64,000 bases of DNA, taken from assembly GCA_963736675.1 (NCBI GenBank), contig CAVTPT010000002.1, positions 160,358 to 224,357 on the forward strand. The letters run 5' to 3'. Position 1 is the first letter of the stretch. Every line of letters starts with the position of its first letter. Below, piece by piece: positions 27,053 through 35,378 of this stretch. The notes under the pieces are model-generated. The model saw only the letters and a program-made list of their open reading frames with translations. It was not told the origin of the DNA and did not search any database. This DNA comes from an uncultured Bacteroidales bacterium (GTDB lineage Bacteria; Bacteroidota; Bacteroidia; Bacteroidales; VadinHA17). Position numbers and translations under genes: made by a program.

Positions 27053-27080
27053 AATTTATTGATTTTTTAAAATTTAATTC

Positions 27081-28106
27081 TCACAGTTTTTGTGATGATC
27101 TGCGCACTATCAGGCTATGCTTTAATATGATAGTGCTAAGGTTGCCAGTTCCGGTATTATTCAGCTTGTTTATCAGCGAAGTGGCTGCAATCTCTCCGAT
27201 TTCCCTGGCGGGATAATCGACGGTTGTAAGGGTTGGCTGAACAACGTAACTGATGGGCTCGTTATTAAATCCTACCACGGCTATCTCTTCGGGTATCTTA
27301 ATGCCCGCCTTTTCAAGTTCAACAATTATAGCTACTGCCGAGGTGTCGTTAGACGAAAAAATTGCATCCGGACGCGGGTTCATCTTCATAATTTTTTCGG
27401 CGGTTTCAACACCCGCCTGTTCACTCATATCACAGGAAAATACCAGCGACGGATCAAATGTAATGCCATTATCAGCAAGGGCCTGCCTGTATCCTGCAAA
27501 TCGTCCGGAATATACATTTCGCATGAAATTACCCCCAACATGAACGATTCTTCTGCACCCCTGTGTTATCAGGTGCGACGTAGCCTCATAACCTGCTTTT
27601 ATGTTATCAATTACAACACTCATACAATCGTGGCAGTCGGCAACCCTGTCAAAAAAGATTACAGGAATGTTCTTATTAAAAAGAATATTAAAATGGTCCA
27701 GGTTCCGGGTATCGGATGCAAGAGAAACAAGCAATCCATCGACCCTGCTGTTAAAAAGTGTTGAGATACACGAAATCTCTTTCTTTTCGGATTCCTGCGA
27801 CTGGCTGATAATAAGGCCGTAACCATTCTGGGTGGTGATCTTCTCTATCCCGGCTATGGCCGCTGCCATGAAATAACTATTCAGCCTTGGTACCACAACT
27901 CCGATCGTATAGGTTCGTTCCAGCCGGAGATTGCTGGCAAATTTATTGTGCCGGTAGCCCATTTCGCTGGCAGCACTTCTTATTCTTTTTTTCGTCTCCT
28001 GGCTTATGTGAGGATGGTCCTTTAACGCACGGCTAACTGTTGAAGGTGACAGGTTGAGAGCCTTTGCAACATCGTATATCGTTACTTCCCTTTTTACTCC
28101 GGACAT
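27081..28106 (-). CDS. LacI family transcriptional regulator
   Basis: HTH VTIYDVAKALNLSPSTVSRAL plus a periplasmic-binding-fold body. I prefer ATG 28104-28106 over the TTG-extended track ORF (to 28172), which would run through the operator. Confidence 0.85.
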   Translation of the reverse strand: MSGVKREVTIYDVAKALNLSPSTVSRALKDHPHISQETKKRIRSAASEMGYRHNKFASNLRLERTYTIGVVVPRLNSYFMAAAIAGIEKITTQNGYGLIISQSQESEKKEISCISTLFNSRVDGLLVSLASDTRNLDHFNILFNKNIPVIFFDRVADCHDCMSVVIDNIKAGYEATSHLITQGCRRIVHVGGNFMRNVYSGRFAGYRQALADNGITFDPSLVFSCDMSEQAGVETAEKIMKMNPRPDAIFSSNDTSAVAIIVELEKAGIKIPEEIAVVGFNNEPISYVVQPTLTTVDYPAREIGEIAATSLINKLNNTGTGNLSTIILKHSLIVRRSSQKL

Positions 28107-28167
28107 CCCTCTTTTTTTACCAAAAGTAGTAAATAATGACAGAATATTAAAGGAGAAATGAAATTTC

Positions 28168-28181
28168 TGCAACCGATTGCA
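28168..28181. promoter_or_regulatory. LacI-type operator TGCAACCGATTGCA (copy 1)
   Basis: 14-bp near-palindrome with a central CG, matching the generic LacI/GalR pattern TGnAAnCGnTTnCA. Lies in the divergent lacI-GH67 / GH115 intergenic region. The 15 nt CTGCAACCGATTGCA are identical to those at 41918-41932. Confidence 0.6.
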
Positions 28182-28362
28182 TTATTTTACCTCTTTGGTT
28201 GGATATATAAAATTTAACTCCTATTTTTAACTGATAAATCAGGTTCTTATACTTTGTAATCCTCCTGCGGTCATTTATGACGCCTTGCCACTACATAAAA
28301 AGTTGCTGTATGCGACCGGATCTCATAAATAGAGTAAAGTTAAAAACGTAATAACAATTAAA

Positions 28363-31326
28363 ATGCGTAAGATCTTATTAATTATAGCGTTAGCGGTATA
28401 TTGCTTACAAATACCTGTTAATGGCCAGCCAACTTTCGGCACTCAACAGTTTATTTCCGGGAAGAAAGTAAAGGGAGGTTTGTCTCTTTCAGTATCAGGT
28501 ATTTCAGCCCCGCTTGTTGTAAGTTCAAAAGAGTGGCCCGGGGTGACAAGAGCTTTTCAGGATCTCAGGAGCGACATCGGAAAGGTTACATCATACCAGC
28601 CGGAAATATTTACTGATAACATTCCGCGATCGAAGGAGATTGTTGTTGCAGGTACTATAGGGAAAAGCGCCCTTATCGATGAGCTTATCAGGGAAAAAAA
28701 GATTGATGCAGAGGGGGTAACCGGTAAATGGGAGTCCTTCCTTATCCAGGTAGTTAAAAATCCTTACAAGGGTGTTAAAAGGGCTCTTGTTATTGCAGGG
28801 AGTGACAAGCGCGGAACCATTTACGGGATATATGAGGTATCGAGGCAGATCGGTGTTTCACCCTGGTACTGGTGGGCCGACGTTCCGGTAAATCATAAAA
28901 AGGAGCTTTATGTAAGTCCTGGCCGTAATGTTTACGGATCTCCGTCAGTCACATACCGCGGTATCTTTCTGAACGATGAGGCACCTGATCTGACTAACTG
29001 GATAAGAGCTAAGTTCGGAAATGTACCTGTCGCCGATGATCCTCCCATGCCGGAGGGGATAGCAAACTATGGCAGAGAATTTTATACAAGGCTTTTTGAG
29101 CTTATGTTACGTCTTAAGGCTAATTATCTCTGGCCAGCCATGTGGAATAATGCTTTCAATGAAGATGATCCTGAGAATCCGAAACTGGCCGATGAGTACG
29201 GCATAGTGATGGGAAATTCGCATCAGGAACCTATGCTGCGTGCTCAGAAAGAGTGGGACCGGAGGTATCAGAAAAAGATAGGAAGCTGGAATTATGCAAA
29301 GTATCCCGATATCGTAGAGGAATTTTGGAGAGAAGGAATAAAGAGAAACAGGAACTATGAAAGTATTGTTACAATTGGCCTGCGTGGGGCAAATGATACT
29401 CCAATGGCACCGGGCGGACCGGAAGCCAATATTGCCCTGCTCGAAAAGATTGTTGGTGTACAGCGAAAAATTCTGGCCGACGAGATAAATCCCGATGTAA
29501 CCAAAGTACCTCAGCTATGGTGCCTTTACAAGGAAGTGCAGGATTACTATAATGCCGGGATGAGGGTCCCGGATGATGTTACCCTGTTATGGGCCGAAGA
29601 TAACTGGGGCAATGTACGAAGGCTCCCCACTGCCGAAGAGAGAAAACGTTCCGGCGGTGCAGGAATCTACTACCATTTTGACTATCACGGCGGGCCAAGA
29701 AGCTACCAGTGGATCAACACAAACCCCATAGCAAAAATATGGGACCAGATGTCGCTGGCAAAACAGTATGGTGCCGACAGGATATGGATAGTGAATGTCG
29801 GGCATTTCAAGGGTTATGAATTCCCGATTGAGTATTTCCTCGACCTTGCATGGAACACCGAAGAACTTACCAGCGACAATATCAATGAATATACAAGGCA
29901 ATGGGCCGAAAGAGAATTCGGGGACCAATATGCAGGAGAAATCGCCGGGATAATGTCTCTTTATACAAAATATAACGGGCGGCGGAAACCGGAACTTCTT
30001 TCCCCGTCAACTTACAGTCTCGTAAACTATAACGAAGCTGAAAAGGTTGTTGCCGACTACAAAAAAATTGCCTCACAGGCTGAAGATATTCTCAGCAGTC
30101 TGCCTGAAGAGAGAAGAGATGCATTTTACCAGCTTGTATTGTTCCCTGCAAAAGCAAGCTCAGTAGTAAATGAGCTATACCTTGCTGCAGGAAAAAACGA
30201 TCTCTACTCGCGACAGGGAAGGGCCAGCACAAACGACATGGCCGACCAGGTCCATTCACTCTTCAGTACCGATACGGCCATGATGGGATACTTTAACCGC
30301 TCTTTTGCAAATGGTAAATGGAACCATTTTATGGATCAGTCGCATCTGGGATATACAAACTGGGCCGATCCTCCGGTAAACAGCCTCAAGGCGATAAAGC
30401 TGAAGCAGATTGAACCTTTATCCGGATCGGTTATGGGTGTGACAATTGAGGGATCAGAGGCAGTCTGGCCGGGGGAAGCCGGTGATGCATCATTACCTCA
30501 GTTTGATGTATTTAACCATCAGACAAGGTATATCGATGTCTTTAACAGGGGCACAATACCATTTGAATTCACGGCATCTGCAGATAAGGATTGGGTAATC
30601 ATCAGGAAGGAAGAAGGACCCTTCGGCAAAGATGAAAGGCTTCTGATATCAGTCGACTGGGAAAGGGTACAATCCGGTAGAAGCCAGAGCAAAATCAGGA
30701 TTTCAGGAACAGGTGTCGATGTGTTTGTCAATGCATATGCATTCAGGCCTCAGGAAATCACACCCGAAACTCTTGATGGCTTTGTTGAAGGTGAAGGTTT
30801 TGTATCTGTCGAAGCTGCGCATTATAGTGCCAATATACCGGCAGGTGTCAGCCGGTGGATTAATATTGAGGATTACGGACATACATTATCCGGAATGAGG
30901 GCATCTGCTCCTGCCGACAATCCTGCTGCTGTAGCGGGGAAAGATGCCCCGTGCCTTGAGTATAACATGTATCTGTTCAGCCAGGGCTCTTTTGAAGTCA
31001 CTTCAGTTTTCTCGCCGGCACTTAATTTTATGCCCGGGAGAGGACTTCAGTACGCAATCTCATTTGACGATCAGGCTCCACAGGTGATAACTCTTGTTCC
31101 GGCAGACTACAACGCGCAGAACGGGAACAGGGACTGGGAAAAATCGGTAAGCGACAATGCCAGGTTCAGCAAAACCATTCATAAAATAGAATCCCCGGGA
31201 TATCATAAAATGAAAATATGGATGATAGATCCCGGGATTGTCATTCAGAAGATAATGGTCAATACCGGAGGATTGAAAGAGAGCTATCTTGGTCCTCCGG
31301 AGAGCTACTTTAACATCCGGAAATGA
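28363..31326 (+). CDS. GH115 xylan alpha-(1,2)-glucuronidase
   Basis: 987 aa. The RGTIYGIYEVSRQIGVSPWYWWADVP motif is typical of GH115. Confidence 0.8.
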   Translation: MRKILLIIALAVYCLQIPVNGQPTFGTQQFISGKKVKGGLSLSVSGISAPLVVSSKEWPGVTRAFQDLRSDIGKVTSYQPEIFTDNIPRSKEIVVAGTIGKSALIDELIREKKIDAEGVTGKWESFLIQVVKNPYKGVKRALVIAGSDKRGTIYGIYEVSRQIGVSPWYWWADVPVNHKKELYVSPGRNVYGSPSVTYRGIFLNDEAPDLTNWIRAKFGNVPVADDPPMPEGIANYGREFYTRLFELMLRLKANYLWPAMWNNAFNEDDPENPKLADEYGIVMGNSHQEPMLRAQKEWDRRYQKKIGSWNYAKYPDIVEEFWREGIKRNRNYESIVTIGLRGANDTPMAPGGPEANIALLEKIVGVQRKILADEINPDVTKVPQLWCLYKEVQDYYNAGMRVPDDVTLLWAEDNWGNVRRLPTAEERKRSGGAGIYYHFDYHGGPRSYQWINTNPIAKIWDQMSLAKQYGADRIWIVNVGHFKGYEFPIEYFLDLAWNTEELTSDNINEYTRQWAEREFGDQYAGEIAGIMSLYTKYNGRRKPELLSPSTYSLVNYNEAEKVVADYKKIASQAEDILSSLPEERRDAFYQLVLFPAKASSVVNELYLAAGKNDLYSRQGRASTNDMADQVHSLFSTDTAMMGYFNRSFANGKWNHFMDQSHLGYTNWADPPVNSLKAIKLKQIEPLSGSVMGVTIEGSEAVWPGEAGDASLPQFDVFNHQTRYIDVFNRGTIPFEFTASADKDWVIIRKEEGPFGKDERLLISVDWERVQSGRSQSKIRISGTGVDVFVNAYAFRPQEITPETLDGFVEGEGFVSVEAAHYSANIPAGVSRWINIEDYGHTLSGMRASAPADNPAAVAGKDAPCLEYNMYLFSQGSFEVTSVFSPALNFMPGRGLQYAISFDDQAPQVITLVPADYNAQNGNRDWEKSVSDNARFSKTIHKIESPGYHKMKIWMIDPGIVIQKIMVNTGGLKESYLGPPESYFNIRK

Positions 31327-31404
31327 CAAATACCTTATAACCGGGTTCTCAAAGGGCAGAGATCAACAAATAAAAAGTGCGAAATAACAAAAACCCGTCA
31401 TATC

Positions 31405-32670
31405 ATGAAAAGAGACTCTTCAAATCTGATCAGGTTAGCTGCAGCATCTGTTTTCAGCTTTTTAAGCCTGGCAGGCTTCCCCCAGAAGATTGCCACCCTG
31501 GAGGTTGATCTTCCTGAACCTGCTTTCGGACTCGAAATTCCCGTGAGCATTAATCTTGATGAGGTGACGTATGTGACTGACTCCCTTTTAGCATTATTTG
31601 AAGTTAAAGGCAGTACCCGTACGCCTGTATCGTTTCAGATAGAACAGGGTGATCAGAGAAGGTTGCACTGGCTGGTGGAAACGGGAAGCGTAGCCGGTGA
31701 AAAACATACTTTTGAACTTGTTCAGGGAAAAGTAAAACAGGCTGAAGTAATAAAAGCAACTGTAAACGATGGAACTCTGACAATCCATAATGGAGATCAG
31801 AATCTTCTCAGGTATTATTTTAAGACACTTTATCCTCCGGAAGGTGTTGATACTGCCTACCGCCGGAGCGGTTTTATTCATCCTTTATGGGCACCGAAAG
31901 GCCAGGAGCTGACAAGAATACAGCCACCCGATCATTATCATCATTATGACATCTGGAATCCCTGGACACATGTTGCCTACGAAGGAGATACTATTGATTT
32001 CTGGAATATAAATTCAAGGCAGGGCACTGTGCGCTTTGCCAACTTCGCCTCCGTTGAGAACGGATCTGTCTTTTCTGAATTCGGAGCTATGCATGAACAC
32101 GTTGTATTCAGAAAGAATGCTCCCGAAAAAGTTGCCATGAACGAACTTCATTCTGTAAGGGTATATCGTCCGCAGAAAAGCCAGGATTACTATATAGTCG
32201 ATTTTAATTTCAGTATGAACTGCGCTGATGAGAGTCCTGTAAAACTTCTGGAATACCGTTACGCCGGATTGGGCTGGAGGACGACAGAAAAATGGGACAA
32301 TAAGAACAGTATGGTACTTACCTCAGAAGGGAAGACAAGGAAAGATGCAGATGGCAGTACAGCACGCTGGTGCATTGTCCAGGGAGAGATTGACGATGAC
32401 TATGCCGGTGTTGTCATGATGTCGTTCCCGACTAATTACAATTTCCCGGAACCTTTGCGTATATGGCCGGAGAATCAGTATAACAGGGGTGATATGTTCG
32501 CAAACTTCTGCCCGACGAAGGATAAAGACTGGCTGTTACAGCCCCGTCGCAACTACACTTTAAAATACAGGTTCCTGGTATATAATGGCCGTATGGATAA
32601 AGATAAGGCTGAAAGTGCCTGGCAATATTTCGCTTATCCTCCTGAAATAACCATAAAAAAAACAAAATAA
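31405..32670 (+). CDS. PmoA-like / DUF6807 family protein (secreted)
   Basis: The HPLWAP...PPDHYHHYDIWNPW motif is typical of the 'methane oxygenase PmoA' (DUF6807) Pfam family. Function unknown. Confidence 0.55.
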   Translation: MKRDSSNLIRLAAASVFSFLSLAGFPQKIATLEVDLPEPAFGLEIPVSINLDEVTYVTDSLLALFEVKGSTRTPVSFQIEQGDQRRLHWLVETGSVAGEKHTFELVQGKVKQAEVIKATVNDGTLTIHNGDQNLLRYYFKTLYPPEGVDTAYRRSGFIHPLWAPKGQELTRIQPPDHYHHYDIWNPWTHVAYEGDTIDFWNINSRQGTVRFANFASVENGSVFSEFGAMHEHVVFRKNAPEKVAMNELHSVRVYRPQKSQDYYIVDFNFSMNCADESPVKLLEYRYAGLGWRTTEKWDNKNSMVLTSEGKTRKDADGSTARWCIVQGEIDDDYAGVVMMSFPTNYNFPEPLRIWPENQYNRGDMFANFCPTKDKDWLLQPRRNYTLKYRFLVYNGRMDKDKAESAWQYFAYPPEITIKKTK

Positions 32671-32907
32671 CCAGTTAAAGAAATAATGAATAAGAACAAT
32701 CCGGTACACCTGAAGCACTTTCTGCGTTACATCGGTAATGGAAATAAGGTTACCCCCCGAAAACGGGTTAACGGCGACGGAGAAGGTTCCATTGCAGAAC
32801 AACATTATCAGATTTTTTGATTAACTTGGATCTCTGCCTTAAAAACCGGAAGGTTTGCTTTTCAAAATCTAAACGATCCAATATATTGTAATTTAATAAC
32901 TTACACT

Positions 32908-34284
32908 ATGAAAAGAAGAAAATTTATTACTAATTCCATTACCGCCGCAGCGGGGACTATAATTATTCCCACAATAATTCCTTCATCAGTTATGGGCAGG
33001 AATCCGCCCAGCGACAGGATCAACATAGGATGGATCGGTTGTGGCAGGCAGGGGACAGGTGATATTTCAGGTACGATGAGGTTTGATTCTGCTATTGTTG
33101 TCGCTGCCTCCGATGTCGATTCAAACAGAATGGCAATTGGGAAACAATTTGTTGAAAGGTACTATGCCAGGCAGACCGGAAAAAGTGACTATGTAAATGT
33201 GAAAACTTTTGGTGACTACAAGGAGATGCTCCTTGATAAGTCAATAGATGCTGTTATGATAACAACTCCCGATCACTGGCATTCACAGCCGGCCATTGAA
33301 GCTGCCCTTGCAGGTAAAGATATCTACCTTGAGAAGCCGACATCACTTACCATCACAGAGGGAAGATTATTAAGCGACGTCATAAAACGTACGAAGGTTA
33401 TACTCCAGGTTGGCACCCAGCAGCGTTCTAGTCCCCAGTGGAGAATAGCCGCCGAGCTTGTAAGAAACGGCAGGATCGGGAAGCTTCACACGGTTAAAAT
33501 AGGACTCCCGGGAGATCCTTCCGGACCAGAAGCACCGGAGATGCCGGTACCCGGGAACCTGAACTATGATATGTGGCTGGGATCGACCCCTGAGGTTTAC
33601 TATACCGAAACACGTGTGCATCCGCAGAATAGTATCAACGATCGCCCGGGATGGCTGAGGTGCGAACAGTTCGGAGCTGGTATGATAACCGGATGGGGAC
33701 AACACCATTTCGATTCAGCGGCATGGGGCATGGATACTGAACTTACCGGCCCTATATCGGTTGAAGCTGTTGCACAGTTCCCCAAATCAGGTTTGTGGGA
33801 TGTTCATGGGGACTTTATGTCAAAAGCCGAGTATAAGAATGGCATTACACTGCTGACAAGTGGTGGCTATCCTAATGGCGTAAGATATGAGGGTACCGAA
33901 GGCTGGATTTTTGTTACCCGTGGGGCATATACTGCTACTGCCAGCGATCCCGTAGTTGTTGACAGCAATGCCAAAGCGCTTGATGCAAGTGATCCGAAGA
34001 TCCTTCAGTCAGTTATCAGTGAAAATGAAACCCATCTGTATGTGAGTGAAAATCAACAGGGCAACTGGCTCGACTGCATCAAGTCGCGTAAAGAACCTGT
34101 TTCTCCGGTCGAAATTGGTCACCGCGCATGTACCGTCTGTCTCGTAACACACATTGCCATGAAGCTTGGCAGAAAGCTGAACTGGGATCCCGATAAGGAA
34201 AGATTCACTGACGACGACGAAGCAAACTCAATGCTTTCACGTCCACAGAGAGCTCCCTACGGGACCAATTATATAAAGATGTAA
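32908..34284 (+). CDS. Gfo/Idh/MocA family oxidoreductase with twin-arginine-type signal
   Basis: MKRRKFITNSITAAAG leader, GWIGCGRQG Rossmann motif and an EKP motif. Confidence 0.85.
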   Translation: MKRRKFITNSITAAAGTIIIPTIIPSSVMGRNPPSDRINIGWIGCGRQGTGDISGTMRFDSAIVVAASDVDSNRMAIGKQFVERYYARQTGKSDYVNVKTFGDYKEMLLDKSIDAVMITTPDHWHSQPAIEAALAGKDIYLEKPTSLTITEGRLLSDVIKRTKVILQVGTQQRSSPQWRIAAELVRNGRIGKLHTVKIGLPGDPSGPEAPEMPVPGNLNYDMWLGSTPEVYYTETRVHPQNSINDRPGWLRCEQFGAGMITGWGQHHFDSAAWGMDTELTGPISVEAVAQFPKSGLWDVHGDFMSKAEYKNGITLLTSGGYPNGVRYEGTEGWIFVTRGAYTATASDPVVVDSNAKALDASDPKILQSVISENETHLYVSENQQGNWLDCIKSRKEPVSPVEIGHRACTVCLVTHIAMKLGRKLNWDPDKERFTDDDEANSMLSRPQRAPYGTNYIKM

Positions 34285-34293
34285 TTTCTCTTT

Positions 34294-35196
34294 ATGAAGA
34301 CAATACTTATAAAATGCCTCCTGATTGCTGGAGGCATTATTATTGCTTTACCAGTAAAAGGGGTAAAGATAAATGCCGAAAAAGTCGGATCGAAGATAAA
34401 TATCACAATAGATGGTAAGTATTTTACCAGCTATATCTTCTCAACTGATGAAAAATATCCCTTTTTCTATCCGGTAAACGGACCCCTTTCAGGCGGCTCT
34501 GTCACTTCAATGCGTAATGCTGTCTACCCTCATCATACATCACTATTTTTTGGTTGCGATATGGTTAACGGAGGTAATTACTGGCAGGAGGGGCTTGAAC
34601 GCGGAAGGATAATTTCTGTAAATGCCCGTGTGGAGAAAGAGGGGGGCGATACTGTAATCATAACAGATGAATGCATCTGGAGCCGACCGGGAGCACTCTC
34701 TCCCATTAAGGATACGAGAAGAATTATTATTACTGCGCCATCTTCAAGTTTAACCCGGATAGATTTCGATATAACCATGGAGATGCTGATGGATGTCCAA
34801 ATCTCAAAAACCAATCATTCTCTTTTCAGTGCCAGGATGGCAGCAGACCTTGCTGTCACAAACGGAGGGACAATGATCAATGCGGAAGGGGCAAAAAGTG
34901 AAAAGGAGACTTTCGGCAAGAACTCGGCCTGGATTGATTTCTATGGCAAAAGGGGTGCAATTACTGAGGGACTGGCAATTTTACAGCATCCGTCCAACCC
35001 CTGGTTCCCCTCACCCTGGTTTACCAGGGACTACGGGTTTATGTCACCTACCCCTATGTACTGGCCTGAAAACGGGGAAGTGACTTTTCTGAAGAAAGGA
35101 AGCAGTCTTAATCTCCGGTACAGGGTACTTGTACATGCCGGAAATAGTGATGAAGCCCGGATAAGTGAGGCATTTGACAAATATTCGAAAGAATAG
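34294..35196 (+). CDS. PmoA-like / DUF6807 family protein (second, shorter)
   Basis: Signal peptide. FFYPVNGP ... HHTSLFFG ... NYWQE pattern of DUF6807. Confidence 0.55.
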   Translation: MKTILIKCLLIAGGIIIALPVKGVKINAEKVGSKINITIDGKYFTSYIFSTDEKYPFFYPVNGPLSGGSVTSMRNAVYPHHTSLFFGCDMVNGGNYWQEGLERGRIISVNARVEKEGGDTVIITDECIWSRPGALSPIKDTRRIIITAPSSSLTRIDFDITMEMLMDVQISKTNHSLFSARMAADLAVTNGGTMINAEGAKSEKETFGKNSAWIDFYGKRGAITEGLAILQHPSNPWFPSPWFTRDYGFMSPTPMYWPENGEVTFLKKGSSLNLRYRVLVHAGNSDEARISEAFDKYSKE

Positions 35197-35320
35197 GGAA
35201 AGTCTATCCGTAACCTTTCAAAAGCCACTGCGGGCGGAGGTGTATGAAAAGTCAATTCTTCCCCTTGAGAATTGAAATATCTGTAAGTACTCCCCGCTGG
35301 AAATACAACTAAAATCAAAA

Positions 35321-35360
35321 AAGAGGCTGTTCTCACCTCTTGAGAAAGCCTCTTTAAATT
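35321..35360. terminator. bidirectional terminator between convergent genes
   Basis: aagaggct ... agcctctt 8-bp stem, flanked by A-rich and T-rich runs. Confidence 0.55.
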
Positions 35361-35378
35361 TTTAATAAACCCTGAGAA

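Noticed and set aside
28107-28172. N-terminal 22-aa extension of the LacI ORF (track start 28172, a TTG codon)
   Set aside because: The extension (MQKFHFSFNILSLFTTFGKKRG) precedes the canonical HTH start MSGVKREVTIYDV and would overlap the operator. A TAnnTTTG-type -7 box (28121-28128) lies inside it. ATG 28104-28106 is preferred.
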